DNA from: Anaerolineae bacterium
Lineage (GTDB): Bacteria > Chloroflexota > Anaerolineae > UBA1429
Length of the DNA stretch: 64,000 nt
NCBI GenBank assembly: GCA_963675785.1
Contig: OY776562.1
Coordinates: 960,001 to 1,024,000, forward strand
Direction: 5' to 3'
In this document: positions 48,254-57,941 of the stretch, piece after piece
Position numbering within the stretch: position 1 is the stretch's first letter
Layout: each line of letters begins with the position of its first letter
Program-made: the position numbers and the translations under genes
The notes under the pieces: generated by a model
Told to the model about the DNA's origin: nothing
Seen by the model: the letters and a program-made list of their open reading frames with translations, nothing else
The model's database searches: none

Positions 48254-49123
48254 ATGCAAATTGTAACAGACAGTGGGACTGATGTAACGCTGCCTCCTGA
48301 TCAAATAGCCGCACTAGATATTCACATAGTGCCTCTTGTTGTAACTCTTGAAGGCAAATCCTATCGCGAAGGAATAGATATTCGCCCGGAAGAGTTTTAC
48401 AAACTGCTGGTTGAAACGAACAGCCTGCCCATTACCTCACAGCCGTCGGTTGGAGATTTTGCCGAGGTGTATCGCCAACTCGCAGTCACCGATCCAGACA
48501 TACTATCCATCCATATCTCTTCAGGCTTGAGCGGCACCTATAATTCTGCGCGAGCGGCGGCCGAGATGGTACCTGAGGCGAACATCACACATGTGGACAC
48601 CAAAACTCTGTCGGTAGTGGCAGGATGGCAAGTTGAGGCAGCGGCTCGTGCAGTAAAGGCGGGATGGCCCAAAGAGCAGATATTGGCGTTGGTTGAACGT
48701 ATTAGCGCCGCCAGCGAGACCATGTACACACTGGACGAGCTCAAGTATTTGATAAATGGTGGACGCATCAGCCATATGAAAGGGCTGGTTGCCTCGGTGT
48801 TGCGGCTCAAGCCGCTCATTGGGGTGGAAAAAGTGAATGGGACCTATGTGCAGCTTAGCCTGATGCGTACGTTCCGGGGAGCGATCAAGGGATTGGTGGA
48901 GCAGATAACACGCCAACATGCGCCGGGTAGCGCTTTGCGTGTTCAAATAGTCCATGGACAAAATCCCGAGGGCGCAGCTCTGCTGCGTGAGCAGATTGCC
49001 CAGCAATTCAAGTGTACTTGGTTGCCTACGAGTCCCTTGTCATTGGTATTAGGCGCCCATACTGGCCCAAGCATGATAGGCGTTGCTTTTGCGCCGGTAG
49101 CGGCTTTTTCGGACTTGCCATAG
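48254..49123 (+). CDS. DegV family fatty-acid binding protein
   Basis: IVTDS, TSQPS, SSGLSGT, GGRI, AHTGP. Confidence 0.95.
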   Translation: MQIVTDSGTDVTLPPDQIAALDIHIVPLVVTLEGKSYREGIDIRPEEFYKLLVETNSLPITSQPSVGDFAEVYRQLAVTDPDILSIHISSGLSGTYNSARAAAEMVPEANITHVDTKTLSVVAGWQVEAAARAVKAGWPKEQILALVERISAASETMYTLDELKYLINGGRISHMKGLVASVLRLKPLIGVEKVNGTYVQLSLMRTFRGAIKGLVEQITRQHAPGSALRVQIVHGQNPEGAALLREQIAQQFKCTWLPTSPLSLVLGAHTGPSMIGVAFAPVAAFSDLP

Positions 49124-49353
49124 GCGAGCTCGTGCTCATATCCTGTATGATGTGCGAGGCAGATGCACCTCTCGGTTTGCGTACGTGGATTGAGCCAGCC
49201 TGAGCAGTGAATCGTCGCTCACTGCGTATGCGGCGGGCCCTCTGATACATGGATATATATGGTGATGTGGACATGCAGCGTTGCATGAAGCACATCACCA
49301 TTTGCTTTTCCCCTTGACACATCCCCCTCCAACTCTTAACCTCTACTGCGGAG

Positions 49354-51717
49354 GTGACCATGACACGTTGGGAGATTGTGCCATTTCAACAGCCAGATAA
49401 AGCTCTGATTGATGTTGCGGGCGGTAGTTTGTTGGTGGCGATGCTGTTGCAGCAAAAGGGCATTACTACGCCTGCGCAAGCCGCTGCCTATTTGAACCCC
49501 GCGTCGTATGCTTTGGCTGTTCCAGAGGAACTCCCCGGCGTTTTGCAGGCTGCCGAACTTTTGAGAGAAACCCAGCGTGCGGGTGGTCGAGTTCGCGTCT
49601 TTGGCGATCTCGATACTGACGGCCAAACTTCTACTGCTATTCTCTATTCGGCGCTGAACCAACTGGGCTATGTTTGCGATTACGAGCTGCTCTCTCATGG
49701 TCAGGGGCGTGGATTGCCGGTCAGTGTGGTAGAGAAAGCGGCGGCAGATGGCGTGGCCCTGTTGATGACTTGCGATACCGGCACTACCGACCTAGAGGCG
49801 GTGTCTCGCGCTCGAGAGCTTGGCTTGTGTATTATCGTTACTGACCATCACGATATCCTCGATGCACTCCCCGATGCGGATGCTTTTGTATCCCCCAAAT
49901 TGTTGGATGCGAACCATCCCCTGGTGGGTCTTTCAGGGGCCGGTGTAGCCTGGGAGCTGGCTGCCTACTTGTTGAGCATCACCGGGCGAGACCAAGAGGC
50001 GCTGTCTCTGTTGGATATTGCGGCCATTGGTCTGATAGCCGACATGGCCCCCTTGCAGAATGATGTTCGCTGCCTGGTGCAGCGGGGCATAGAGGTTTTG
50101 CGCTTTGGTGAGCGGGTGGGGCTTGCCGCTATCTATAAAACCGCCAATGTTGATGTTTCCCTGCTCAATGAGGAAGCCGCGGGATACCACCTGGCCCCGC
50201 GTTTCAATGCCCTGGGGCGCCTGGGTGAGCCGCAATTGGGCGTGGAATTGTTATTGACGGATGACGACGAGCGTGCCGCTACCATTGTGGGCCGTATGGA
50301 TAGCCTCAATCAGGAGAGACGGGCGCATATTGAGGCCGCGACAAATCGCGCGATGGCTCTCATCGAGTCTGATCCGAGCGCTACCAGCCGACCGGTTCTC
50401 GTGGTGCAGGATCGCGAATGGCCTACTGGTGTATTGGGTGCCGTGGCACGCAGGTTGGTGGGCCTGTATGACCGTCCGGTGATTGTTGTTGCCGATGCAG
50501 GCGATCGGTTCGTTGCCAGCGGACGTTCTGTGGAGGGGGTTGATCTCCACGAAGCGATTTTCTCACAGGTCGATCTGCTAGAGCGGCAGGGAGGGCATCC
50601 CCAAGCAGCGGGATTCACTGTCTCAGCAGCCAACTGGATGCGGGTTCGTGAAGGTATTCAACATGCGCTCGAGGCAGAGATGGCTCAGCGTACTGAGCCC
50701 GTGCTTTCGATTAATCTAGAGTTAGGTTGGGCGGATGCAAACTTGGAAGCAGCCAGAGCGCTGGATATGCTGAGACCCTTTGGCTCGGGCAATGCCAAGC
50801 CGGTTTTTGCCCTGGGCGGCGCTCATTTTCTGCGTGCCGAGGATGTCAGTTGGAATCATGAGACGGCTCATCGCCGCCTTTATGTGGCAGGGCCAGAAGG
50901 CGAGCGATTGCAGCTCACTTGGTTCAACGCAGGCGTTTTACCTGATACTGACCAGACTGTGGATGTGGCACTAGAGCTTTCTCGCGGTTTTTATCGTGGT
51001 GAAGAGAGGCTAGAAGCTTCACTGGTTGAATGGCGGCCTGTCGAACAGATGGCTGCAGTGTCCTCTCTATTGCACACCGGACCAGAGGTCATTGATTTGC
51101 GCCGTCTATCGCGTGAGCAAGCTCTGGATGCACTTGATTCCCTGGGGATACAAGGCGTCGTATGGGAAGAGAGATTGCATTCTCGCATAGATGGTGCCAG
51201 AACGCGTAGTGAGATAAACAGTGGTGAGAGTGCCTTGCTTGGCCGCGATTTGGTGATTGCCTTTGTGCCGCCTGATCCGGCGACGGCTCGCCATGTGTTG
51301 GATGTGGTTTCACCGACGCGCATTGTCCTTTTGCCTGATACGAATGAATCACCTCTGGATGCCGACCGCCTGGTCGAACTCGTCTTGCAGATGGTGCGCT
51401 CTGCCTTGAACAAGCACGAGCCCTTGGATTTATCGCGAATGGCGGCCCGTGTGGGTACTTTAGAAGGGGCGATACTGGCGGCATTAAGGTTGCTTCAGGC
51501 GCGTGGCTTGATTGAGTTGATACGCCTGGATGAGCAGCGTTTCTCTGTTCAGCGAGGAGGCGCTGTCGAGCGCCTGGCCATGCTCGACCGAGCCAGGGAG
51601 AATGTCCTCCTACAGCTCAAAGAGATTGCGGCTTTTCGGCGTATCTGGGAGCGCGATGAGCCTGCGGCGTTGTTATCCGCTCTTGGCTCTGTCGAAGTAG
51701 GTTCTGTCCCACAGTAG
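49354..51717 (+). CDS. recJ: ssDNA-specific exonuclease RecJ with C-terminal extension
   Basis: GDLDTDG, TDHH, PRFNALGR, SGRS, GGHPQAAG, PFGSGN. Confidence 0.9.
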   Translation: MTMTRWEIVPFQQPDKALIDVAGGSLLVAMLLQQKGITTPAQAAAYLNPASYALAVPEELPGVLQAAELLRETQRAGGRVRVFGDLDTDGQTSTAILYSALNQLGYVCDYELLSHGQGRGLPVSVVEKAAADGVALLMTCDTGTTDLEAVSRARELGLCIIVTDHHDILDALPDADAFVSPKLLDANHPLVGLSGAGVAWELAAYLLSITGRDQEALSLLDIAAIGLIADMAPLQNDVRCLVQRGIEVLRFGERVGLAAIYKTANVDVSLLNEEAAGYHLAPRFNALGRLGEPQLGVELLLTDDDERAATIVGRMDSLNQERRAHIEAATNRAMALIESDPSATSRPVLVVQDREWPTGVLGAVARRLVGLYDRPVIVVADAGDRFVASGRSVEGVDLHEAIFSQVDLLERQGGHPQAAGFTVSAANWMRVREGIQHALEAEMAQRTEPVLSINLELGWADANLEAARALDMLRPFGSGNAKPVFALGGAHFLRAEDVSWNHETAHRRLYVAGPEGERLQLTWFNAGVLPDTDQTVDVALELSRGFYRGEERLEASLVEWRPVEQMAAVSSLLHTGPEVIDLRRLSREQALDALDSLGIQGVVWEERLHSRIDGARTRSEINSGESALLGRDLVIAFVPPDPATARHVLDVVSPTRIVLLPDTNESPLDADRLVELVLQMVRSALNKHEPLDLSRMAARVGTLEGAILAALRLLQARGLIELIRLDEQRFSVQRGGAVERLAMLDRARENVLLQLKEIAAFRRIWERDEPAALLSALGSVEVGSVPQ

Positions 51718-51767
51718 CGGTCCCGTATGCTATACTCAAGACAGTCACGTTGCAGAAGGGGAGAACT

Positions 51768-52391
51768 ATGAAGCGAATACGCCTACTGTCCATCCTCGTT
51801 CTCATCGTCCTGTTGGTTACTTCATGTTCAGCGCCAGAGACGCAGGCAGTTGCAGAACCCACTGTAGGAATTACCCTGGCATCCTCTTGTACGCCAGAAC
51901 CCATCGTTGTGCCAACGCCCGCCGATACGCCAGGTTATGCCCAGCTCGATGAAACAACGGGACTGCATTATACCGGCATCTATGAGGATTTTGATTTTGA
52001 TAGCTGGTCACTGATCGTTGAGGGAGAGGTCTATCGCCCTTTGGCACTCACTTATGACGAGATTCGTTGCATGGAAAAGGTCGAGGATGATCCGGTTTTG
52101 GTGTGCCCCGGATTCTTTGAGGATCATTTTACCTGGGGGGGGGTGCGTCTGGCCGACGTCTTGGAGTTGGCCGGCCCTACCGAAAGCGCCACGAGTATTC
52201 GCATCTTTGGCCGTGACGGGTATTCGCAAAAAATCGATCTGGCGACGGCTATGGATGAGTCGAACCTATTAGCCTGGGAGTGGGAAGGCGAGGTACTTCC
52301 TGCTATTCACGGCTTTCCGCTGCGGGCGATTTTCCCAGACGAACAGGGCAACAAGTGGGTCAAGTGGATCGAGCGCATTCTGGTGGAATAA
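51768..52391 (+). CDS. Sulfite-oxidase-family molybdopterin-binding lipoprotein
   Basis: LVC Mo-ligand Cys, WGGVRL, HGFPLR, KWVKWIERI; lipobox VTSC. Confidence 0.85.
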   Translation: MKRIRLLSILVLIVLLVTSCSAPETQAVAEPTVGITLASSCTPEPIVVPTPADTPGYAQLDETTGLHYTGIYEDFDFDSWSLIVEGEVYRPLALTYDEIRCMEKVEDDPVLVCPGFFEDHFTWGGVRLADVLELAGPTESATSIRIFGRDGYSQKIDLATAMDESNLLAWEWEGEVLPAIHGFPLRAIFPDEQGNKWVKWIERILVE

Positions 52392-52392
52392 C

Positions 52393-53406
52393 TCAAATCG
52401 AACTGTTCGCTTTTTCGATCTCTGCCGGGTGTTGCGTGGCTGGCCTGAGATTGAGTTCGCGGTCGATTGCTGAGCAGAGATGGGCACCAAACAAGATGAT
52501 GATGCAGCAGGTATATATCCAGACCATCAGACCGATGATCGTCCCGAGGGATCCATAGACGAGACTATATCGCGAAAGGCCGCTGTTGAGATACCAACGG
52601 TAGATGACCGTTGTGCCAAAGATGGCGGCCGAGACCAGGACTGTGCTGGTTAACACAGCGGTCCAGGTAGGGCGCTGTCGTGGCACCCAATGATAGAGTG
52701 AAGCCATTGCCAGAACGAGTATGATGATCTGTAGCACGCGCGAAAATAGGGCTTTCCAAAGGGGCGACATTTCCTTCAACTGATCTATTCCAGGAATATT
52801 CAGCCCGCTGATGAGGTTGAGTATGGTACTCCCCATCATCATCAAGTAGAGCACCAGCCCGAGTGCGACGATGCCAACAACAGCTACCAGACGACTCCTG
52901 ATGATCGACCTTCGCTTGACACCATCCCAGGCGCGTTCGACATTGCGCATCAATCCCACAAAAAAGCCCGTCGCCGACCATAGCAAAGACAATACTGCGG
53001 CGATACTCACGGCTCCACGCGATTCCAATACTTGCTGAATATTTTGTGCTACGAGGTCTCCGGCTGTCGGGATGAGTTCAACGACAAGAGACACGATCTG
53101 TGTTTGAACGTCTTCGGTTTTGAGAAAGACAGAGCCAAGCGAGATTAACACGAGCAGCAGGGGGAAGAGCGAAAACAAGGCATAATAGGCGAGGCTTGCA
53201 GAGGCTTGGGTGGCGCGCTTATCGATATAGGTGATATAGGCTCTTCTCAAGACCCTGAAAACGCGGTGCAACCTTGCGGGCATGCGTTCGCTGATCCTTT
53301 TCAAGAGCACGAGAGCCTTTTCTCCGGCATCATAGGCCGTCTGTGTACATTGTTGATAGAACGTGCGCAGACGCTGTAATAATTGTGGCGTGTCGTTGTC
53401 AGTCAT
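52393..53406 (-). CDS. YihY/BrkB family membrane protein
   Basis: AYYALFSLFP, YSLVYGSLG, WIY...LFGA. Confidence 0.92.
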   Translation of the reverse strand: MTDNDTPQLLQRLRTFYQQCTQTAYDAGEKALVLLKRISERMPARLHRVFRVLRRAYITYIDKRATQASASLAYYALFSLFPLLLVLISLGSVFLKTEDVQTQIVSLVVELIPTAGDLVAQNIQQVLESRGAVSIAAVLSLLWSATGFFVGLMRNVERAWDGVKRRSIIRSRLVAVVGIVALGLVLYLMMMGSTILNLISGLNIPGIDQLKEMSPLWKALFSRVLQIIILVLAMASLYHWVPRQRPTWTAVLTSTVLVSAAIFGTTVIYRWYLNSGLSRYSLVYGSLGTIIGLMVWIYTCCIIILFGAHLCSAIDRELNLRPATQHPAEIEKANSSI

Positions 53407-53854
53407 TCAGTTGTTCAAAGGCTTTCAATGCAGCTTGCTGAACGTGCTCCAGTGGCAGGCCATAGGCACGAGCCAGTGCAGCGCAATCCTCGAATTCAGG
53501 CTTGATAGAAACGCGTTCACCATTGACGCGCTTGACCTTGATATGCACGGTTCCCCAGGAGGTTTCTACCGACGTGACCTCGCGTTCGGCAATGATTCTC
53601 TCGACCATACGCCGACGGATGCCCAGAGTGGTGGTCTCGCGCAGCATGGCTTCTGCTAGCTTGTCAGCCTCTTCTGGGCGGCACAACACCGAGAGCAGCG
53701 TCCCAGGGCGATTCTTTTTCATCTGTATGGCCGTGAACCAGGCATCCAGGGCACCCGCCTCAAAGAGGCGCTCCATGGCATACCCCAGCGCTTCTCCGGT
53801 CATGTCGTCAATATTGCACTCGAGCAAAACCACCTGTCGGGGTGTTTCACACAT
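53399..53854 (-). CDS. larC: Nickel insertion protein LarC, C-terminal half only
   Basis: LECNIDDMTGE, GALD, MKKNRPG, ETTTLGIR, KPEFEDC. Confidence 0.88.
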   Translation of the reverse strand: MCETPRQVVLLECNIDDMTGEALGYAMERLFEAGALDAWFTAIQMKKNRPGTLLSVLCRPEEADKLAEAMLRETTTLGIRRRMVERIIAEREVTSVETSWGTVHIKVKRVNGERVSIKPEFEDCAALARAYGLPLEHVQQAALKAFEQLND

Positions 53855-54589
53855 CTATTCGGCTTGACCTTTTCTGGCGGCTGCGCAACGATTGGCGATG
53901 ATACCCGCCGTCGCACCAGCGCCGATGCCATTGTCGATATTCACCACGGTAAGGCCTGGCACACAGGTTTGAAGCATCGAAAGCAGGGCAGCTTCACCGC
54001 GCCCGCCCATGCCATAACCTACCGAAGTGGGCAGGCCGATAACTGGCACTTGCACAAGGCCGGTAACCACTGAAGGCAGAGCGCCATCCATCCCCGCCGC
54101 CACGATAAGCACATCAATGCCCTCGATCATCATCTCTTCGAGCGGATCGAACAGGCGGTGCAACCCAGCGACGCCCACATCATAGACTGTCTTGACTTCG
54201 CAGCCCATCTCCAGGGCAATGAGTGTGGCTTCCTCGGCGACGGGTTGGTCGGATGTACCTGCTGTTAAAACGCCAACGCGCCCGCCCGTGGGTTCGGCAC
54301 GATGTCCGTTTTCGCGGACAATGGCTACGCGACTGACCGGGTGCCATTCCAGATGGCCGCCAGTGCCGTATTCGGCCTCCAGCGCCTGATACAAGGCATC
54401 AGAGACGCGGCTCAAGATGGCCCGCTGTGTTCTTGCCAAGAAGGAAGCGGCAATAGCCATGGATTGTTCGACTGTTTTGGTATCCGTCAGTATGACTTCG
54501 GGAACGCCTTTGCGCCGGGCTCGCTCGAAATCGGGCCGGGCTATGGGCGAATGCTTTGCATCATGAAGGGTTGTTGGCTGTGGTGTCAT
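53855..54589 (-). CDS. larB: Nickel-pincer cofactor biosynthesis carboxylase/hydrolase LarB
   Basis: TAGTSD, DVGVAGLHR, AGMDGALPSV, PTSVGYG, VVNIDNG. Confidence 0.95.
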   Translation of the reverse strand: MTPQPTTLHDAKHSPIARPDFERARRKGVPEVILTDTKTVEQSMAIAASFLARTQRAILSRVSDALYQALEAEYGTGGHLEWHPVSRVAIVRENGHRAEPTGGRVGVLTAGTSDQPVAEEATLIALEMGCEVKTVYDVGVAGLHRLFDPLEEMMIEGIDVLIVAAGMDGALPSVVTGLVQVPVIGLPTSVGYGMGGRGEAALLSMLQTCVPGLTVVNIDNGIGAGATAGIIANRCAAARKGQAE

Positions 54590-55385
54590 CAAAACTCCCA
54601 CTCTTAAAGCCCTGCAAATCCAGGGTGACATAACGATAACCAAGTGCTGTGAGACGTGCGACAAGCTCAAAGCGCAGATCTGGCTGCACCGCTTGAACCA
54701 TGTTCTGGGGATCGAGTTCTATCCGGGCTATGGGGTAGTGGTCACGCACACGCAACTGCACATCACCCAGTAGTTCTCGCACGGTGTTCTCTGCTGCTTC
54801 GACGCGCTCCAGCCCCTCCTGAGTGAGGGGGGTATCGTACGGGAAACGCGTGGCCAGGCAAGCTGCCGAGGGCCGTGCATAGTTGGGCACGCCGCGTTCC
54901 TGAGCCAGCGCGCGGATATCCGCCTTGGTGAGCTTGGCTTCAGCTAGGGGGGCGCGAGTGCCAAGTTCAGCTGCCGCACGACTGCCGGGGCGATAGACGT
55001 GCAGGTCATCGAGGTTCTCGCCATGCACAACCACACTATCCGCTTTGGCGGCAATATGCATCAAGGCACTGAAACGCGCACGCTTGCAATGATAGCAGCG
55101 GTCACGCGGATTGGCTGCAACCAAAGGGTTGGCCAGATCGTCCATCTCTAGGATTGTATGTTCTACGCCAGCCCAATCTGCAATCTGGCGGGCAACCGCG
55201 TCCTCTTCTGCGGGGAACAAGGGTGAACGCACCGTGACGGCACGAACGCTTTCTACACCCAACACATCCACGCAGGCCGAAAGGAGATAACTGCTATCGG
55301 TGCCGCCGGAGAGAGCCACAACGACACGCCCCAGCTTGTTGATGATATCAAACAGCGCTTGTTTGCGCTGCATCAGGTTTTCCAT
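54561..55385 (-). CDS. larE: ATP-dependent sulfur transferase LarE
   Basis: SGGTDS PP-loop, RCYHCK, ACLATRFPY, LRVR, TLDLQGFKSGS. Confidence 0.93.
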   Translation of the reverse strand: MENLMQRKQALFDIINKLGRVVVALSGGTDSSYLLSACVDVLGVESVRAVTVRSPLFPAEEDAVARQIADWAGVEHTILEMDDLANPLVAANPRDRCYHCKRARFSALMHIAAKADSVVVHGENLDDLHVYRPGSRAAAELGTRAPLAEAKLTKADIRALAQERGVPNYARPSAACLATRFPYDTPLTQEGLERVEAAENTVRELLGDVQLRVRDHYPIARIELDPQNMVQAVQPDLRFELVARLTALGYRYVTLDLQGFKSGSFDDTTANNPS

Positions 55386-55527
55386 GTATTTTTGAACCTC
55401 TTTACATGCGGCCAAGGGTTGGTCTGACCACCTGCGATGGTATAATATCCTATATATTATAGAGACGGGCCGAGGCATCGTCAATCAGGGCTAGTTGCCT
55501 CCAATTGCTTTGTTGAGCGAGGGGAAG

Positions 55528-55899
55528 ATGTTTCGCATTTTGGTGTTCGGGCATGCCGATTTTGCAGAAGGCTTGACCTGTGCCGCTATGCAGATTAGCG
55601 GCGGCCATGCCGCGCTATGGGCCATCAATACGTTGCCAGATGACAGCCTGGCCCAATTGAGCACGCGGCTGCAAGTCGTTCTGGGCGAAACAGAGGACGC
55701 TGTCATCGTCCTTTGTGATATGGCCGGCGGTGCTCCGTGGCGGGCAGCTATGGAGACCATGCGTTCGCGTTCGGGCGGCGTTTTGGCCGGAGCGAACTTA
55801 CCCATGCTGCTAGAGCTGTTAGCTTTGTGCGATGGCGATGTTGCCTTGGACATGGCACTGGAGCGCGGCCGACAGGCTGGTATTGAAGGCATTCAGTGA
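55528..55899 (+). CDS. Mannose-family PTS EIIA
   Basis: GHADFAEGL, CDMAGGAP, GANLPML. Confidence 0.85.
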   Translation: MFRILVFGHADFAEGLTCAAMQISGGHAALWAINTLPDDSLAQLSTRLQVVLGETEDAVIVLCDMAGGAPWRAAMETMRSRSGGVLAGANLPMLLELLALCDGDVALDMALERGRQAGIEGIQ

Positions 55900-56378
55900 C
55901 GGCGGATTGGTTATGGGCGCGTGTAGATGACCGCTTGCTTCATGGCCAGGTTCTGGTGGCCTGGCTGCCTTATTTAAAGCCCCATACTGTGGCCTGTGTG
56001 CCTGCACCAGAGACCGATACCGTTTTTTTGCGCACGCTCTATCGCTCGGTTCTGCCGCCCAAAGTAGATCTATGGGTTGGCCGTGCTGAGCAGCTTGTGG
56101 AGGCAGTCGAAGAGGGTTTGCTTGATCCAACGCAGACACTGCTGGTATTGGCTCGTTTGGGTGATGCAGCACGGCTCTTCCAAGGAGGCATGTTGGGTGC
56201 AGCCTTGAATCTCGGCTGTATGGCCCCCACAGAACAGATTTCCCGGCTTTCTTCGCAGGTAGCGGTTGACGCAGAGGATGAGGCTTTGTTGCAAGTGATG
56301 GCGAACGAAAGCGTGCGCATCGTTGTACAAGCCCTACCTGACGAGCAGCCCCACATTTGGCCAAAGGATTACGCATGA
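55896..56378 (+). CDS. Mannose-family PTS EIIB
   Basis: RVDDRLLHGQV, LNLG. Confidence 0.88.
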   Translation: MTADWLWARVDDRLLHGQVLVAWLPYLKPHTVACVPAPETDTVFLRTLYRSVLPPKVDLWVGRAEQLVEAVEEGLLDPTQTLLVLARLGDAARLFQGGMLGAALNLGCMAPTEQISRLSSQVAVDAEDEALLQVMANESVRIVVQALPDEQPHIWPKDYA

Positions 56379-57937
56379 TTAAAGATGGCGCCACTATAGC
56401 GGTCTGGCAGGCTTTGTTGATCGCTGCCTTTTATTATCTCTCGCAAAGCTGCTGGCTTGGCGGCTTGGGCTATTGGACATTGTATCGGCCGCTCATCGGT
56501 GGTGCGCTGGTAGGCCTGGTGCTGGGGAATCCTGCGGCCGGTTTGGCGGCTGGGGCAGTCATCAATCTGGCCTATATCGGGCAAAGCGGTGTGGGTGGCA
56601 CCCTGCCCGCTGATATGGCGTTGGCGGGCTATGTGGGCTCGGCCTTGGTGGTTGCGGGTGGCCTAGACACAGAGACAGCTCTGGCTTTGATGCTGCCCGT
56701 GGGCCTATTGGGGGTGGTGCTATACCAGCTGCGCATGACCCTCTCGGCGGCTTTTGTTCGTGGCGTGGATCGGCAGGCGGCTGTGGGTAATACCAGAGGC
56801 CTTGTTCTGGCGAATGTGCTACCGTCCCAACTTTTGCTGGCGGCGCTGACCATCCCGGTGTGTTTTGCGGCCGTTTACTGGGGACCGTCTGCTTTGGATA
56901 GCGTGTTGGCTGTGGTGCCGGGATGGCTGTTGCGTGCACTAACGCTCATGGGCGGCCTGCTTCCGGCTGTGGGGTTGGCTCAGTTGATGGCCTATCTGTG
57001 GAAAGGCGACACTCTGGCGGCCTTTGCCCTGGGCTTTGTGGCCGCTGCTCTGGCTGGAATGCCCATTCTGGGGGTTTCAGTAGTCATTGCTGCGCTGGCC
57101 TGGCTGGTGACGCGACCTTTACCACAGAACGCACCTTCTCCACCTACGGCAGAGGGTGTGCTTTCTGAGGAGCAGCCCGTAGATCTGCTCAAACGCGGTG
57201 ATGTTTTTCGTTCCTGGCTGCACTGGCTGTTTTTCTCACACGCGTGTTACAACTGGGAACGTATGCAGGGCACCGGGTTCGCTCAGGCCATGGTTCCCCT
57301 CGCTCGCCGCATCCCCGATACGCACGAGCGAGCCGAACTGTTGCAGCGCCACACGGCCTTTTTCAATACTGAACCCAACCTGGGTGGGTTTATCGTCGGT
57401 GTGACTCTGGGCATGGAGGAACAGCGCCTCGCGTTGGGTGGAGATGGGAACGCAACTGAGATAACTGCCATCAAGTCGGCGCTGATGGGGCCCGTCTCGG
57501 GCATTGGCGATAGCTTGTTACAAGCGGCGTTGGGCTCGGCGCTCATCTCTGCGGCTGTCGGCGGAGCCCTTGAGGGAACCTGGTCTGCGCCGGTGCTCTA
57601 TGTGCTGGCCATGATCGCCATCATCTGGGGGGGCGGCTGGCTCTTTTTCCGCTATGGCTATCGGGCAGGCGCTGAGGGTTTGCCTCGTCTTATGGAAGGT
57701 GTCAACTATCACCGGGTTCTTGCAATCGTCGAGATGACAGGTGCCGGTGTGTTGGGGGCGCTCTCTGCCCTCTATGTATCGCTCGGTTCTCTCTCGACTG
57801 AGGGCGGTATTGTCGCCTGGTTGGGGCCACTTTTGGTGTTGTTCATCGCCTGGCTGCGGCGGCATAAGGTATCTATTCATTACATCCTGATGGGAGTTAT
57901 TTTGGTGGCGTTTGTATTGGCTCTGGCTGGGATATAG
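56375..57937 (+). CDS. Mannose-family PTS EIIC-EIID fusion
   Basis: RPLIGG and GLLPAVG (IIC); YNWERMQG, FFNTEP, MGPVSGIGD (IID). Confidence 0.88.
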   Translation: MIKDGATIAVWQALLIAAFYYLSQSCWLGGLGYWTLYRPLIGGALVGLVLGNPAAGLAAGAVINLAYIGQSGVGGTLPADMALAGYVGSALVVAGGLDTETALALMLPVGLLGVVLYQLRMTLSAAFVRGVDRQAAVGNTRGLVLANVLPSQLLLAALTIPVCFAAVYWGPSALDSVLAVVPGWLLRALTLMGGLLPAVGLAQLMAYLWKGDTLAAFALGFVAAALAGMPILGVSVVIAALAWLVTRPLPQNAPSPPTAEGVLSEEQPVDLLKRGDVFRSWLHWLFFSHACYNWERMQGTGFAQAMVPLARRIPDTHERAELLQRHTAFFNTEPNLGGFIVGVTLGMEEQRLALGGDGNATEITAIKSALMGPVSGIGDSLLQAALGSALISAAVGGALEGTWSAPVLYVLAMIAIIWGGGWLFFRYGYRAGAEGLPRLMEGVNYHRVLAIVEMTGAGVLGALSALYVSLGSLSTEGGIVAWLGPLLVLFIAWLRRHKVSIHYILMGVILVAFVLALAGI

Positions 57938-57941
57938 CGAG

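Noticed and set aside
46169-49350. Integrative element at tRNA-Glu
   Set aside because: No integrase and no duplicated tRNA 3' end found by eye
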